The notes beneath the pieces were generated by a model. It did no database searches and was not told the origin of the DNA. It was given only the letters and a program-made list of their open reading frames with translations. Below, piece after piece: positions 10,505-19,117 of a DNA stretch of 64,000 nt. The translations under genes were made by a program, and so were the position numbers. The DNA lies in contig JBDREQ010000003.1 of assembly GCA_043819555.1 (NCBI GenBank), positions 1 through 64,000 on the forward strand. Direction: 5' to 3'. This DNA comes from Candidatus Zixiibacteriota bacterium (GTDB taxonomy: Bacteria; Zixibacteria; MSB-5A5; GN15; JAAZOE01). Each line of letters opens with the position of its first letter. The stretch's first letter is position 1.

Positions 10505-10640
10505 TGTCGGGAAGGAGCCTGAAGGGCTCCTGCCGTCTGGCTTGATTTGTCATTGCGAGGAGTTCCGCGTTAGCGGAACGACGCGGCAATCTAAACTGTT
10601 CGGTCAGGTATTGGTCGCGCAGGCGAGTGTGACCTGACGG
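10505..10640. repeat. Cluster of three short palindromic extragenic elements
   Basis: GGAGCC-tgaag-GGCTCC (10514-10530; reverse copy at 55725-55741); TGTCATTGCGAG...GCAATCT with inner hairpin (10548-10592); GTCAGGT...ACCTGAC (10601-10640; related to 12553-12595). Confidence 0.7.
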
Positions 10641-10690
10641 AAAAACCCTCTATTTAGATATTTCCATCATACCCGAATGAGGTGCGAATA

Positions 10691-11617
10691 ATGAGAAAAA
10701 ATCAAAACATAACCGTATTGGGATATGGCTCACAGGGCCGCGCGATTGCGCTCAACCTTAACGATTCAGGATTCAAAGTAACCGTCGGACTGCGGCCGCG
10801 TTCAAAATCCCGAACCAGGATCAAAAAGGATAAACTGCGCGCAATGTCCATCTTATCTGCCTCAATTGATGCCGACTGTATCATTGTCGCCCTGCCCGAT
10901 CATGTTCACAAAGATATTCTGACCTATGGATTTTTCAACTTCCTCCGAAAAAAACCGGCGCTGGTATTTCTTCACGGATCCTCGATTCATTTCAAGCAGA
11001 TTGTACCGCCCAAAAATTATCCTATTTATCTGCTTGCGCCTCACGCCCCAGGCTTGGCCGTTCGTGATAATTATCTGAATAAGATTCCATATTCTGCTTT
11101 TATTGCAGTACATCAGGGTGGCAAACAAAAAGGATTTGAAAATCTGACCCGACTGGCAAAAGCCATTGGCATTCCCAAAACTCATCTTGTCAAAACAACT
11201 TTTGCCGTCGAAGCCGTTGGCGATCTGTTTGGAGAGCAGGCGGTCCTTTGCGGAGGATTGGCCCGGCTTTTGAAGTTGGGATTCGAGACTCTTGTCGAAA
11301 ACGGCATTCCGGCGCAGAACGCCTACCTCGAAGTTGCCTACCAGATTGACCTATTGGTTGAGCTTACAAAAAAATATGGCCTTGAGGGAATGCTCAACCG
11401 CATCTCGCCGATAGCCCGCTTTGGTTCGATCACAAACGGCCCCAAAGTCATTGACAAAAGCGTCAAGAAGCAGATGAAAAAACTGTTTGCCGAAATTAAA
11501 TCAGGCGAATTTCTTAAAACCGCTGGCCGGAAGAGACTGAGTTATACCAAAAAACAACTATCCGAAGTGACCAACAAACAATTTGACCAACAAGCGAAAA
11601 AAATCAGCAAATTTTAA
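10691..11617 (+). CDS. ilvC: Ketol-acid reductoisomerase-like protein (divergent, class I length)
   Basis: GYGSQG Rossmann motif, GLR, DLFGEQAVLCGG, AYLE. Confidence 0.8.
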   Translation: MRKNQNITVLGYGSQGRAIALNLNDSGFKVTVGLRPRSKSRTRIKKDKLRAMSILSASIDADCIIVALPDHVHKDILTYGFFNFLRKKPALVFLHGSSIHFKQIVPPKNYPIYLLAPHAPGLAVRDNYLNKIPYSAFIAVHQGGKQKGFENLTRLAKAIGIPKTHLVKTTFAVEAVGDLFGEQAVLCGGLARLLKLGFETLVENGIPAQNAYLEVAYQIDLLVELTKKYGLEGMLNRISPIARFGSITNGPKVIDKSVKKQMKKLFAEIKSGEFLKTAGRKRLSYTKKQLSEVTNKQFDQQAKKISKF

Positions 11618-11623
11618 TTCATT

Positions 11624-12262
11624 ATGATTAAGGATACCAAACGTCGAGCCAAAAAAATCATTGAGCTTCTAAAAGCCGAGTACCCTGATTCGGGATGTTC
11701 GCTCAAATTCAAAACCGCCCATCAGCTTCTTGTTTCAACAATCCTCTCAGCCCAGACGACCGACGAGCAGGTCAACAAAATCACGCCCGGACTTTTCAAA
11801 AAATACAAATCGATACACGATTTTGCCGCGGCCGATATGACCCAACTCGAAAACAATATCAAATCAATCGGGTTGTATCGCAACAAAGCCAAATCAATCA
11901 AAAATTCCGCCGTTGCCATCCTTCATGATTTTGGCGGCAAAGTTCCCGATAAGCTGGGTGATATTATCAAACTCCCCGGCGTCGGGCGCAAAACCGGGTC
12001 GGTCATTCTCGGAACGTGGTATAAAAAGATCGAAGGGATCGTCGTCGATACTCACGTCAAACGAATCGCCAATTTGCTTGGCCTAACTGACAATAAAGAC
12101 CCATACAAAATCGAACTCGACTTGATGCGATTGATTGCCAAAAAAGATTGGATTATCCTGACGCATTTACTTATAGATCACGGCCGCGCCGTTTGCATCG
12201 CCCGCCGCCCCCGCTGCGACACCTGCATACTAAATCCCCAATGCCCCTCCGCCAGGTTATAG
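11624..12262 (+). CDS. nth: Endonuclease III
   Basis: LSAQTTD, HhH LPGVGRKT, VDTHV, C-x6-C-x2-C-x5-C Fe-S motif. Confidence 0.96.
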   Translation: MIKDTKRRAKKIIELLKAEYPDSGCSLKFKTAHQLLVSTILSAQTTDEQVNKITPGLFKKYKSIHDFAAADMTQLENNIKSIGLYRNKAKSIKNSAVAILHDFGGKVPDKLGDIIKLPGVGRKTGSVILGTWYKKIEGIVVDTHVKRIANLLGLTDNKDPYKIELDLMRLIAKKDWIILTHLLIDHGRAVCIARRPRCDTCILNPQCPSARL

Positions 12263-12272
12263 GTATACCTGT

Positions 12273-12312
12273 GTAGCGACAATCCTCGGGTTGTCGCATT
12301 GTCGAAACCGCA
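12273..12312 (+). repeat. GTAG-REP followed by a truncated inverted partner
   Basis: GTAG-CGACAATCC-tc-GGGTTGTCG-catt-GTCGAAACCGCA; partial copy of 13016-13071. Confidence 0.8.
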
Positions 12313-12419
12313 TTAATTTTGACCTGCAGAGCTGCTAACATTTTCCCCACCAATCCACTACTAAGCCCTAATCCATCCCATTTAGTATGATGCAGTATTT
12401 TTTATATCGACCATCACCC

Positions 12420-12443
12420 GTAGGGGCTCGTCGCGACGAGCCC
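12420..12443 (+). repeat. GTAG-REP of a different family
   Basis: GTAG then a perfect GGGCTCGTC-gc-GACGAGCCC hairpin. Confidence 0.7.
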
Positions 12444-12552
12444 GCCATAATCACCACCGATTTGATATGACCAAAAACGTTATTCTGACAAAACAAACCC
12501 ATTTTGCGTGCTGTCGCTTCCTTAGCTAAGCGGTGAACCGACGGAAATAAAA

Positions 12553-12595
12553 CTGACAGGTCACAATTTCGCTTCGCGAAATCAGGACCTGTCAG
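12553..12595. repeat. Palindromic element with nested hairpin
   Basis: CTGACAGGTC...GACCTGTCAG arms enclosing ATTTCGC-ttc-GCGAAAT. Confidence 0.65.
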
Positions 12596-12671
12596 AACAA
12601 GAAAGATTTGCAAGATGAAAAGCATAATTCTTTACCGGTCGTAATCACCATCATGTTAGTAGCGGATAACT

Positions 12672-12758
12672 AAAAATGACAGAACAAAGCCATTCTGCCG
12701 TATCCGATAGAGGCGTATAATTCTATAAGGAATTTTTGAAAATAAAATGTGGATAACT
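12672..12758 (+). repeat. 87-bp non-coding element ending in a DnaA box (copy 1)
   Basis: Aligns with the reverse complement of 55385-55471 in two terminal blocks; contains TGTGGATAA at 12748-12756. Confidence 0.6.
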
Positions 12759-12881
12759 CTTGATAAAATAATCAAAATAAACGGCATGTTTGTATGCTGG
12801 TGTTCCGAGTGAATATTATGAGCGAGAAATCCGACAAATCGACTTGAATGTGATGTCCCGCACTGGCGGGTTTATTCTATA

Positions 12882-12997
12882 TGTCATGCCAGCGAAAGCC
12901 AAGCGGAGTTAAAAGAAAATGGAAAATCTGGGATATAGCCAAAGTCTCCATGGATTCCAGCTTGCGTTTCGCTATCGCGAAACTTGCTGGAATGACA
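12882..12997. repeat. MITE-like element with TGTCAT...ATGACA termini
   Basis: Terminal inverted repeats TGTCATGCCAGC / GCTGGAATGACA; the right arm holds a nested GTTTCGC-tatc-GCGAAAC hairpin. Confidence 0.6.
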
Positions 12998-13015
12998 CCG
13001 AATTATATTTCCCGC

Positions 13016-13071
13016 GTAGCGACAACCCTCGGGTTGTCGAATTGTCGAAACCGCAGGGGTTTCGACCTACA
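13016..13071. repeat. REPIN-like doublet of two different REPs
   Basis: GTAG-CGACAACCC-tc-GGGTTGTCG-aatt-GTCGAAACC-gcagg-GGTTTCGAC-CTAC; the right half matches the REPs flanking the RAYT at 62 kb. Confidence 0.85.
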
Positions 13072-13095
13072 ATTCTGAAAACACGCCTTTGCCTG

Positions 13096-13479
13096 CTACT
13101 TCGACGGTTTCAATTGCATATAGGCGATAACGAACAATATGCCAAAAATCAGATCGCAGATGGCGAACGGTTTCCAAATCCACGGCAGGCCGGTAATAAT
13201 CCAATGACTGAATACCGTCCCGCAGTAGGCGACTTTAAGAAGGATGCCATAGATAATAAAATGACGCCACGCAACCGTGTTGCGAGCAATGGCTATAAAC
13301 ATCAGGCCGAAGATAATTAAAAGCGCCGCCGGAAATTGAATGTAACCGATGTGATTGGGCGGAGTGATATTGTACATCTCGAAGATGGACATCCCGAACA
13401 GCAAAAATAAAAGTCCCAGGACTAAGTCATATATCCCGCCGATCCAGAATAAAATTGAAATCCATTTGTGTGATTTCAT
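13096..13479 (-). CDS. Small four-helix membrane protein
   Basis: GGGAG SD; hydrophobic helices; YD...PPNH motif; last gene of the radical SAM trio. Confidence 0.8.
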   Translation of the reverse strand: MKSHKWISILFWIGGIYDLVLGLLFLLFGMSIFEMYNITPPNHIGYIQFPAALLIIFGLMFIAIARNTVAWRHFIIYGILLKVAYCGTVFSHWIITGLPWIWKPFAICDLIFGILFVIAYMQLKPSK

Positions 13480-13516
13480 AATTGACTCCCTTGCGATAAA
13501 CGCTCCTTGCACAGAG

Positions 13517-14845
13517 CTATTTATGCTTTTTTATATATTTGCGCAACTGGCCTTTAAACTTCTCGCGGCGCTTTTGAGTTACATCATCGCTGTAGATTTT
13601 TTTAGCCAGTGAATGAAATCCGTCGCGAAGCTCGGCCGGGCTCATGTTCTTCGGGATAAAATTAACGTCAAACAGGCTCAGTTTGTGCCAGGCGTTTTCT
13701 TCAATGATTCTATTTTCTGATTGGAGTCTCTTGTACAAAGGCGTCCCGGGAAATGCGGTTTGAATTGTAATTTGAACCTCGGCCAAATCGCTGTCCTCGA
13801 CAAAATTAAAAACAGTATCGAAAATATCCGCCGTTTGGCCGTCAAGCCCCAGAACAAAACAACCGTTGACGCTGATGGCATGCGATTGAATCGTCTGAAT
13901 GGCGTCTTTGTATTTGGCCCATTGCTTCAATTTCCAGTTGCTTCTGATTTCCAAACCATTCAGTGGCGATTCAAGCGGACTTTCAAGTCCGATAAGCACC
14001 TGGGCGCACCCGCTTTCGCGCATCAGTTTCAGCAAATCGGGATGTTTGGCGATTGATATATCCGTTTCTGTAAACCAGCGGATATTGCGCTTTTTTATCT
14101 CCGGCAATAGTTCTTTCCAGTAGGAAATATTAATAAACGTGTTGTCGTCGGCGAATTCAATAAACGGTTTGGGCCAGATATCGAGAATTGCGTCTATTTC
14201 GGCCAGGACTTTTTCAGCCGGTTTTTGCTTGTACTTGCTCGTAAGCAATGTTGAACTGGCGCAGAATTCACATTGATGCGGACAGCCGCGGCTGGTCTGG
14301 ACCGTCAGGCGATTATATTTGTTAATATCCAAGAGATTGAAAGCGGGCAGAGGCGCATTGTTTAAATCATATTCGTCATCAATCGAGCCATAAAATGGTT
14401 TGAGTGATTTATTCTCGGCGTCCTTAAGGACATCAAGCCAGCTCGGTTCGCCTTCACCAATGACAACGGCGTCGCAATGAACTTTGGCTTCTTCGGGAAC
14501 GAAACTGACGTGCAGGCCGCCCATAACAACTGGAATATTATTCTCGCGATAGATGTCGCCTAATAAATAGGCTTCGTTTATCTGGGCGCCGTAGCTGGAA
14601 ATAGCCACGAGATCATAGTTCTGCGGAACGGAATTGCCTTTGATGCTGTCCTGTATGTCGGCAATTTCGTAATAGTCGACTTGATGAGATTTGGGAGTCA
14701 TGCCGGCCAGGGTCAAAAGGCCGAGGCTGGGAAGCGATGCGATTATTTTACTTCTTTCGACGAATCCGGGTAATGTCAGGCCCATCTCGAGAAGTTCGGT
14801 ATCGGCGACCCGGATACCGCTCATGGCAATAAGTGCGATTTTCAT
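13517..14845 (-). CDS. B12-binding-domain radical SAM protein
   Basis: PSLGLLTLA and MGGLH (cobalamin-binding domain); SRGCPHQCEFC (CxxxCxxC); FADDN; PGTPL. Confidence 0.93.
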   Translation of the reverse strand: MKIALIAMSGIRVADTELLEMGLTLPGFVERSKIIASLPSLGLLTLAGMTPKSHQVDYYEIADIQDSIKGNSVPQNYDLVAISSYGAQINEAYLLGDIYRENNIPVVMGGLHVSFVPEEAKVHCDAVVIGEGEPSWLDVLKDAENKSLKPFYGSIDDEYDLNNAPLPAFNLLDINKYNRLTVQTSRGCPHQCEFCASSTLLTSKYKQKPAEKVLAEIDAILDIWPKPFIEFADDNTFINISYWKELLPEIKKRNIRWFTETDISIAKHPDLLKLMRESGCAQVLIGLESPLESPLNGLEIRSNWKLKQWAKYKDAIQTIQSHAISVNGCFVLGLDGQTADIFDTVFNFVEDSDLAEVQITIQTAFPGTPLYKRLQSENRIIEENAWHKLSLFDVNFIPKNMSPAELRDGFHSLAKKIYSDDVTQKRREKFKGQLRKYIKKHK

Positions 14846-15219
14846 TCGAATAATACTCCATATAAGAATATTCCGACACCAAGAATCAGACTGACAACGG
14901 GAATAAAAAACAGGTGCCGGAAAATCATTTTGTACGCCGATAGATAACAGACGACAGGCATGGACACAGCGCCAACAATGAGCATGATTGATGTAATAGG
15001 ATAACCCGGCAGGTTGAGCGCATTAAGGGTTAATCCGTAAACCAGATTGATAAATCCGATTCCGAAAAACGCAATATGTCCAAGGCGAATCATTCGGCGG
15101 GGCCATGAGGAGTAACCCCCGAGCCAGTCTTCTTTGTAAAAAAACATTCCCGTCACGGCTCCGGCAACAAATCCCAGTAAGATTCCAATCCACCCGGCAT
15201 ACAGATTGATATTTTCCAT
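14842..15219 (-). CDS. Small membrane protein coupled to the radical SAM gene
   Basis: ATGA overlap with the radical SAM gene; about four helices; WLGGY...RRMIRLGH. Confidence 0.8.
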   Translation of the reverse strand: MENINLYAGWIGILLGFVAGAVTGMFFYKEDWLGGYSSWPRRMIRLGHIAFFGIGFINLVYGLTLNALNLPGYPITSIMLIVGAVSMPVVCYLSAYKMIFRHLFFIPVVSLILGVGIFLYGVLFE

Positions 15220-15363
15220 GGCCAGTCCTTTGTACGAATAATGTACGAAAATACCTACGAAGGCATGCTTGAAACTATGATTTTTTATGCAGGAATGCAA
15301 ACCGCTAAATGATATTTTTTATACCAGGCCCCAATTTGGCTGATTTGGTCTATTAAACTTTAC

Positions 15364-15392
15364 TTGACTTTGAATCTGAGCGTGGGTATTAT
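15364..15392 (+). promoter_or_regulatory. Sigma70-type promoter of the manC operon
   Basis: TTGACT-N17-TATTAT. Confidence 0.65.
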
Positions 15393-15439
15393 CTTATGCT
15401 GGAGTAAGTTGGACGATTTATTTTGGGGAGATATGCCGA

Positions 15440-16519
15440 TTGATTTATAGTATCATAATGGCTGGGGGAAAAGGCGAGAGGTTTTGGCCTCTGTCGAGCG
15501 AGTCCCGGCCCAAACAGTTACTGTCGATTACCGATGACAAATGCATGCTTGAAGTTACAATAGAGAGGATTGATGATTTTATCCCAATAGATCAGACAAT
15601 TGTTGTCGCCGGTGAGAACATTAAAGACGCGATTCTGGTTAAATGTCCACTAATAAAAGATGAGAACATGCTATGCGAGCCGCATGGTCGCAATACCTGT
15701 CTGGCGATAGGTCTGGCAGCCATTCATTTGCAGCAGCGTGATCCTGAAGGCATTATGGTTGTTCTGTCGGCCGACCATTTAATTGAGCCGGCCGAGAAGT
15801 TGGTGGAAACTATAAAGGCCGGAACGAAGATTGCCGCCAAACAGGATAATTTGATTACGATTGGCATAGTTCCCTCGCGCGCTGAAACCGGATATGGTTA
15901 CATCGAACTGAGTGATGAAAAATATGAGGTCGACGGAATCTCGGTTTGCAAAGTATCGGCATTCAAGGAAAAGCCACGACCAACCGTAGCTCAACAATAT
16001 TATTATGGACGCAAACATCTGTGGAACTCGGGGATGTTCATCTGGTCGGTGGGATCGATATTAAAAGCTTTTGAAAAGCATATGCCGGAGATGTACCAGC
16101 AACTATTAGAGTACTCTGAGCATATCGGGAAGAGTAGCGAAAAAAAGGCTCGAATAAAATTGTACATCGAGGCCGAATCGGTATCGATTGATGTTGCCAT
16201 TCTGGAGCAAGCTGATAATGTTCTGACCCTGCAGGGCAAATTCACGTGGGATGATATCGGCAGCTGGTTGGCATTGCAACGATTCAAGCATACCGATAAG
16301 GAAAATAATGTCGTCATCGGCCAGGCGATTTTGTCGGATACTTTTGAATCCACGATTGTAAATGATACCGGAGGTCTGGTGGCTGCACTGGGAGTTTCAG
16401 ATTTAGTGATTGTCCGAACCGGCGATGTCTTGTTTGTGGCTCACAAAACGCATCTTGATAAAATAAAAGGATTACTGAACATAATCGAGTCCGATGAAGA
16501 TTTGAGGAAGTTTCTCTAA
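15440..16519 (+). CDS. manC: Mannose-1-phosphate guanylyltransferase
   Basis: MAGGKGERFWPLS..PKQ, EPHGRNT, ETGYGYI, FKEKP, WNSGMF, WDDIGSW. Confidence 0.95.
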   Translation: MIYSIIMAGGKGERFWPLSSESRPKQLLSITDDKCMLEVTIERIDDFIPIDQTIVVAGENIKDAILVKCPLIKDENMLCEPHGRNTCLAIGLAAIHLQQRDPEGIMVVLSADHLIEPAEKLVETIKAGTKIAAKQDNLITIGIVPSRAETGYGYIELSDEKYEVDGISVCKVSAFKEKPRPTVAQQYYYGRKHLWNSGMFIWSVGSILKAFEKHMPEMYQQLLEYSEHIGKSSEKKARIKLYIEAESVSIDVAILEQADNVLTLQGKFTWDDIGSWLALQRFKHTDKENNVVIGQAILSDTFESTIVNDTGGLVAALGVSDLVIVRTGDVLFVAHKTHLDKIKGLLNIIESDEDLRKFL

Positions 16520-17143
16520 ATGCTGGTCAGAAATGCATTAACGATTATCCTGGCATTCGGCTTTCTCGCATTCAGTTTATCATGCACCAAGCGCGCATCC
16601 ACATTGTCAGAGCCAGCCGAGCCATCGGCTGGCGCTCTGCCTCTTGATCCTTTGGCAACTTCGATAGATCGTGAAGTGGTTCCTGAAATTCATCCCATTA
16701 ATGTGATGGCGTTTCCGGATGCTGGCGATTCTCTGGTATCGCCGCTATCCCATTCTTTCAGTGCTCTTGATTCGTTAGAATCCGGAACCTCTCCGACCGA
16801 CGTTTATCGTGTTCAAATATTTACTTCGCGTTTATATAATGAAGCCCGGAAAGAAAAGGCAATTGCCGATGAAGTATTCAATCTCCCCGTTTATCTTGAT
16901 TACGAAGTGCCATATTATAAGCTCCGTATCGGGGATTTCGCCAAACGGGAAGAAGCCGAAAACATGATATCCGAGATTCGCTCGATTGGGTATCGGGGAG
17001 CCTGGGTGGCAAGAGTTAATTTGCGAGTTCGTCCGGAACCGAAGATTTTAATTGATGAAGAACCGATTCTACCCAGCCCGGAAACCGATTCAGCCAGAAC
17101 CATTAATGAAGGTGTGAATGAAAACCCGGAGTATGAAAGGTGA
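16520..17143 (+). CDS. SPOR-domain lipoprotein
   Basis: Lipobox FSLSC; YRVQI...PYYKLRIGDF..REEA SPOR pattern. Confidence 0.85.
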   Translation: MLVRNALTIILAFGFLAFSLSCTKRASTLSEPAEPSAGALPLDPLATSIDREVVPEIHPINVMAFPDAGDSLVSPLSHSFSALDSLESGTSPTDVYRVQIFTSRLYNEARKEKAIADEVFNLPVYLDYEVPYYKLRIGDFAKREEAENMISEIRSIGYRGAWVARVNLRVRPEPKILIDEEPILPSPETDSARTINEGVNENPEYER

Positions 17144-17778
17144 GTCGGGAAATAAAGTGTGATCCGAACCGCCCTGAAGGTAAAACAATTGATACGATCA
17201 TAATTGCGTTAAACGGGAAGAAGATTATCGTTTTGCCGACCGAAACTCAATATGCTTTATCAATTCGAGCGGACGAATCGGCTCTGAAAAAAATAGAACA
17301 GATTAAAAAAAGAAATATGGATTCGAAACCAGCTTTATTTGTAAAAGATTTGGATATGGCTGAGAAATTCTGCATAATAAATAAAACCGCTCGGCATCTG
17401 GCGGATAAGTTCTTACCCGGACCGCTGACTCTTATTGTTCCGGAAAGAATCGGACAGGATTTTATCTCTTCCGAGTACAAATCCGAGTTCGGTTTCGGTT
17501 TGCGCCTTTCATCGTCGCGGGTGATTGAGGCCGTAATGGCAGGCATGGATCGCCCCGTGACGGCAACATCGGCCAATATCAGCGGTCAAGACAGTTCTTC
17601 GGATATCAATGAAATCAGGCGAGATTTAAGTGATAATGTTGATTTATATGTTGATGCCGGACAATGTCGGGGAATTATGCCTTCGACAGTAGTATGGGTC
17701 GGGGACGGGACGAAAGTTTTGAGACCGGGAATTATACCAGTAAGTGCTATTGAAAAAGCCTTGGCGGAAATAAATTAA
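17140..17778 (+). CDS. tsaC: L-threonylcarbamoyladenylate synthase (Sua5/YrdC short form)
   Basis: PTETQYAL, IKKR, PGPLT, TSANISG, PSTVV. Confidence 0.9.
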   Translation: MSREIKCDPNRPEGKTIDTIIIALNGKKIIVLPTETQYALSIRADESALKKIEQIKKRNMDSKPALFVKDLDMAEKFCIINKTARHLADKFLPGPLTLIVPERIGQDFISSEYKSEFGFGLRLSSSRVIEAVMAGMDRPVTATSANISGQDSSSDINEIRRDLSDNVDLYVDAGQCRGIMPSTVVWVGDGTKVLRPGIIPVSAIEKALAEIN

Positions 17779-18282
17779 ATGAGCCGATTCAAAGTATTAT
17801 TTGTATGTACCGGCAACACCTGTCGCTCGGCAATGGCCGAAGGCGCTTTGCGAGTACTGCTCGAGGGTCGCGGGATAGATTATATTGATGTTTTATCGGC
17901 CGGAACCGGAGCGATTCCGGCTTGTCCGGCAACATTGTATGCAATTGAGGCCGCCAAGACGTGGCATGCCGATATTTCCAGGCATCATTCTCGACCATTA
18001 TCGCCTGAACTGCTGGAGGAATCTGATTTGATTTTTGCCATGACTTCAGGTCATTACCGAACGATAATTTCGATGAGTCCTGAGGCGGTTGACAGGACAT
18101 ATCTACTCAAGAAATTTCCAGAGACCGGTGACGAAGGTGACGGCGTCGCCGATCCAATTGGGGCTTCCCTGGATATGTATAATCATACTTTTCTGGAAAT
18201 TGGCGAGGAATTGGGACGGATATTTTTGGATATTATTGAATTAGCCAAAAAGAAAAAGGGGTCGGCCGGGGCAAATGATTAG
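17779..18282 (+). CDS. Low molecular weight protein Tyr/Arg phosphatase
   Basis: VCTGNTCRS P-loop; SAGT; DPIG. Confidence 0.92.
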   Translation: MSRFKVLFVCTGNTCRSAMAEGALRVLLEGRGIDYIDVLSAGTGAIPACPATLYAIEAAKTWHADISRHHSRPLSPELLEESDLIFAMTSGHYRTIISMSPEAVDRTYLLKKFPETGDEGDGVADPIGASLDMYNHTFLEIGEELGRIFLDIIELAKKKKGSAGAND

Positions 18283-19117
18283 GACATTAATAAAAAATGC
18301 AACAGTTTTTTTAATTGTTGTCGGCGGTTTGGCGCCCCTTGGTTATTTTGCCCGGGTACAATATGGTGCGGCGCAAGATAATGTTCCCAATGAAAACACA
18401 TCAGCATTTGATGCCCCCGAAGAAATCAGCCGTTATATTGAAAATAATGCCTTTGGGGTAGGTGAGAAGCTTAATTTTGATATTGGATATGGTTTTATAA
18501 ATGCCGGTACGGCGACAATGGAAGTCGAGCAATTAATTGAATATAACGGGCGTCCGGCATATCAGATTATAACGACCGCCAATTCAAATAAATTCTTTTC
18601 GTCTTTTTATCCGGTCAAAGACCGAGTTGAATCAATCATGGATGCCATCGGGCTTTTTTCCTGGAAATTTGATAAAAACCTGCGGGAAGGAAAATATCGA
18701 GCGCACCGGAAATATGAATTTGATCAGATTAATCATTCGGTGATTTATAAAAATGACACTATTGAAATAGCTCCTTATGTTCAGGATGCCTTATCAATTT
18801 TGTACTTTATTCGTACTCAGAAACTCGAAGTAGGCAAATCCATAATCGTGGAAAACTTCACGGATGGAAGGAAATATCCTCTGGAAGTTAAAATCCAAAA
18901 ACGCGAGACAATTAAAACCAAGGCTGGAAAGTTCGATTGCCTGGTAGTTGAGCCGATTCTTCAATCGGCTGGAGTTTTTAGGCACGAAGGCAAACTTACC
19001 GTTTGGATGACTGATGATCGTTTGCGCCTTCCGGTTTTAATGAAATCGAAAGTTGTCGTGGGATCAATTTCGGCCGAATTGACCGATTATACATTGGGGC
19101 AATTGGAGGAGTTTTGA
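18275..19117 (+). CDS. DUF3108-like exported protein
   Basis: Signal/TM segment; AFGVGEKL, QDALS, KAGKFDC, VWMTDD..RLPV pattern. Confidence 0.75.
   Translation: MIRTLIKNATVFLIVVGGLAPLGYFARVQYGAAQDNVPNENTSAFDAPEEISRYIENNAFGVGEKLNFDIGYGFINAGTATMEVEQLIEYNGRPAYQIITTANSNKFFSSFYPVKDRVESIMDAIGLFSWKFDKNLREGKYRAHRKYEFDQINHSVIYKNDTIEIAPYVQDALSILYFIRTQKLEVGKSIIVENFTDGRKYPLEVKIQKRETIKTKAGKFDCLVVEPILQSAGVFRHEGKLTVWMTDDRLRLPVLMKSKVVVGSISAELTDYTLGQLEEF

Noticed and set aside
12748..12756. Replication origin
   Set aside because: Only isolated DnaA boxes (here and at 55387); no box cluster and no dnaA/dnaN context
12263..13095. CRISPR array
   Set aside because: The repeats are heterogeneous, irregularly spaced hairpins, and no cas genes are present
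12368..13320. ORFs 12368-12625, 12881-13078 and 12919-13320 as genes
   Set aside because: They read through palindromic repeats or overlap a real gene on the opposite strand, with no recognisable motifs
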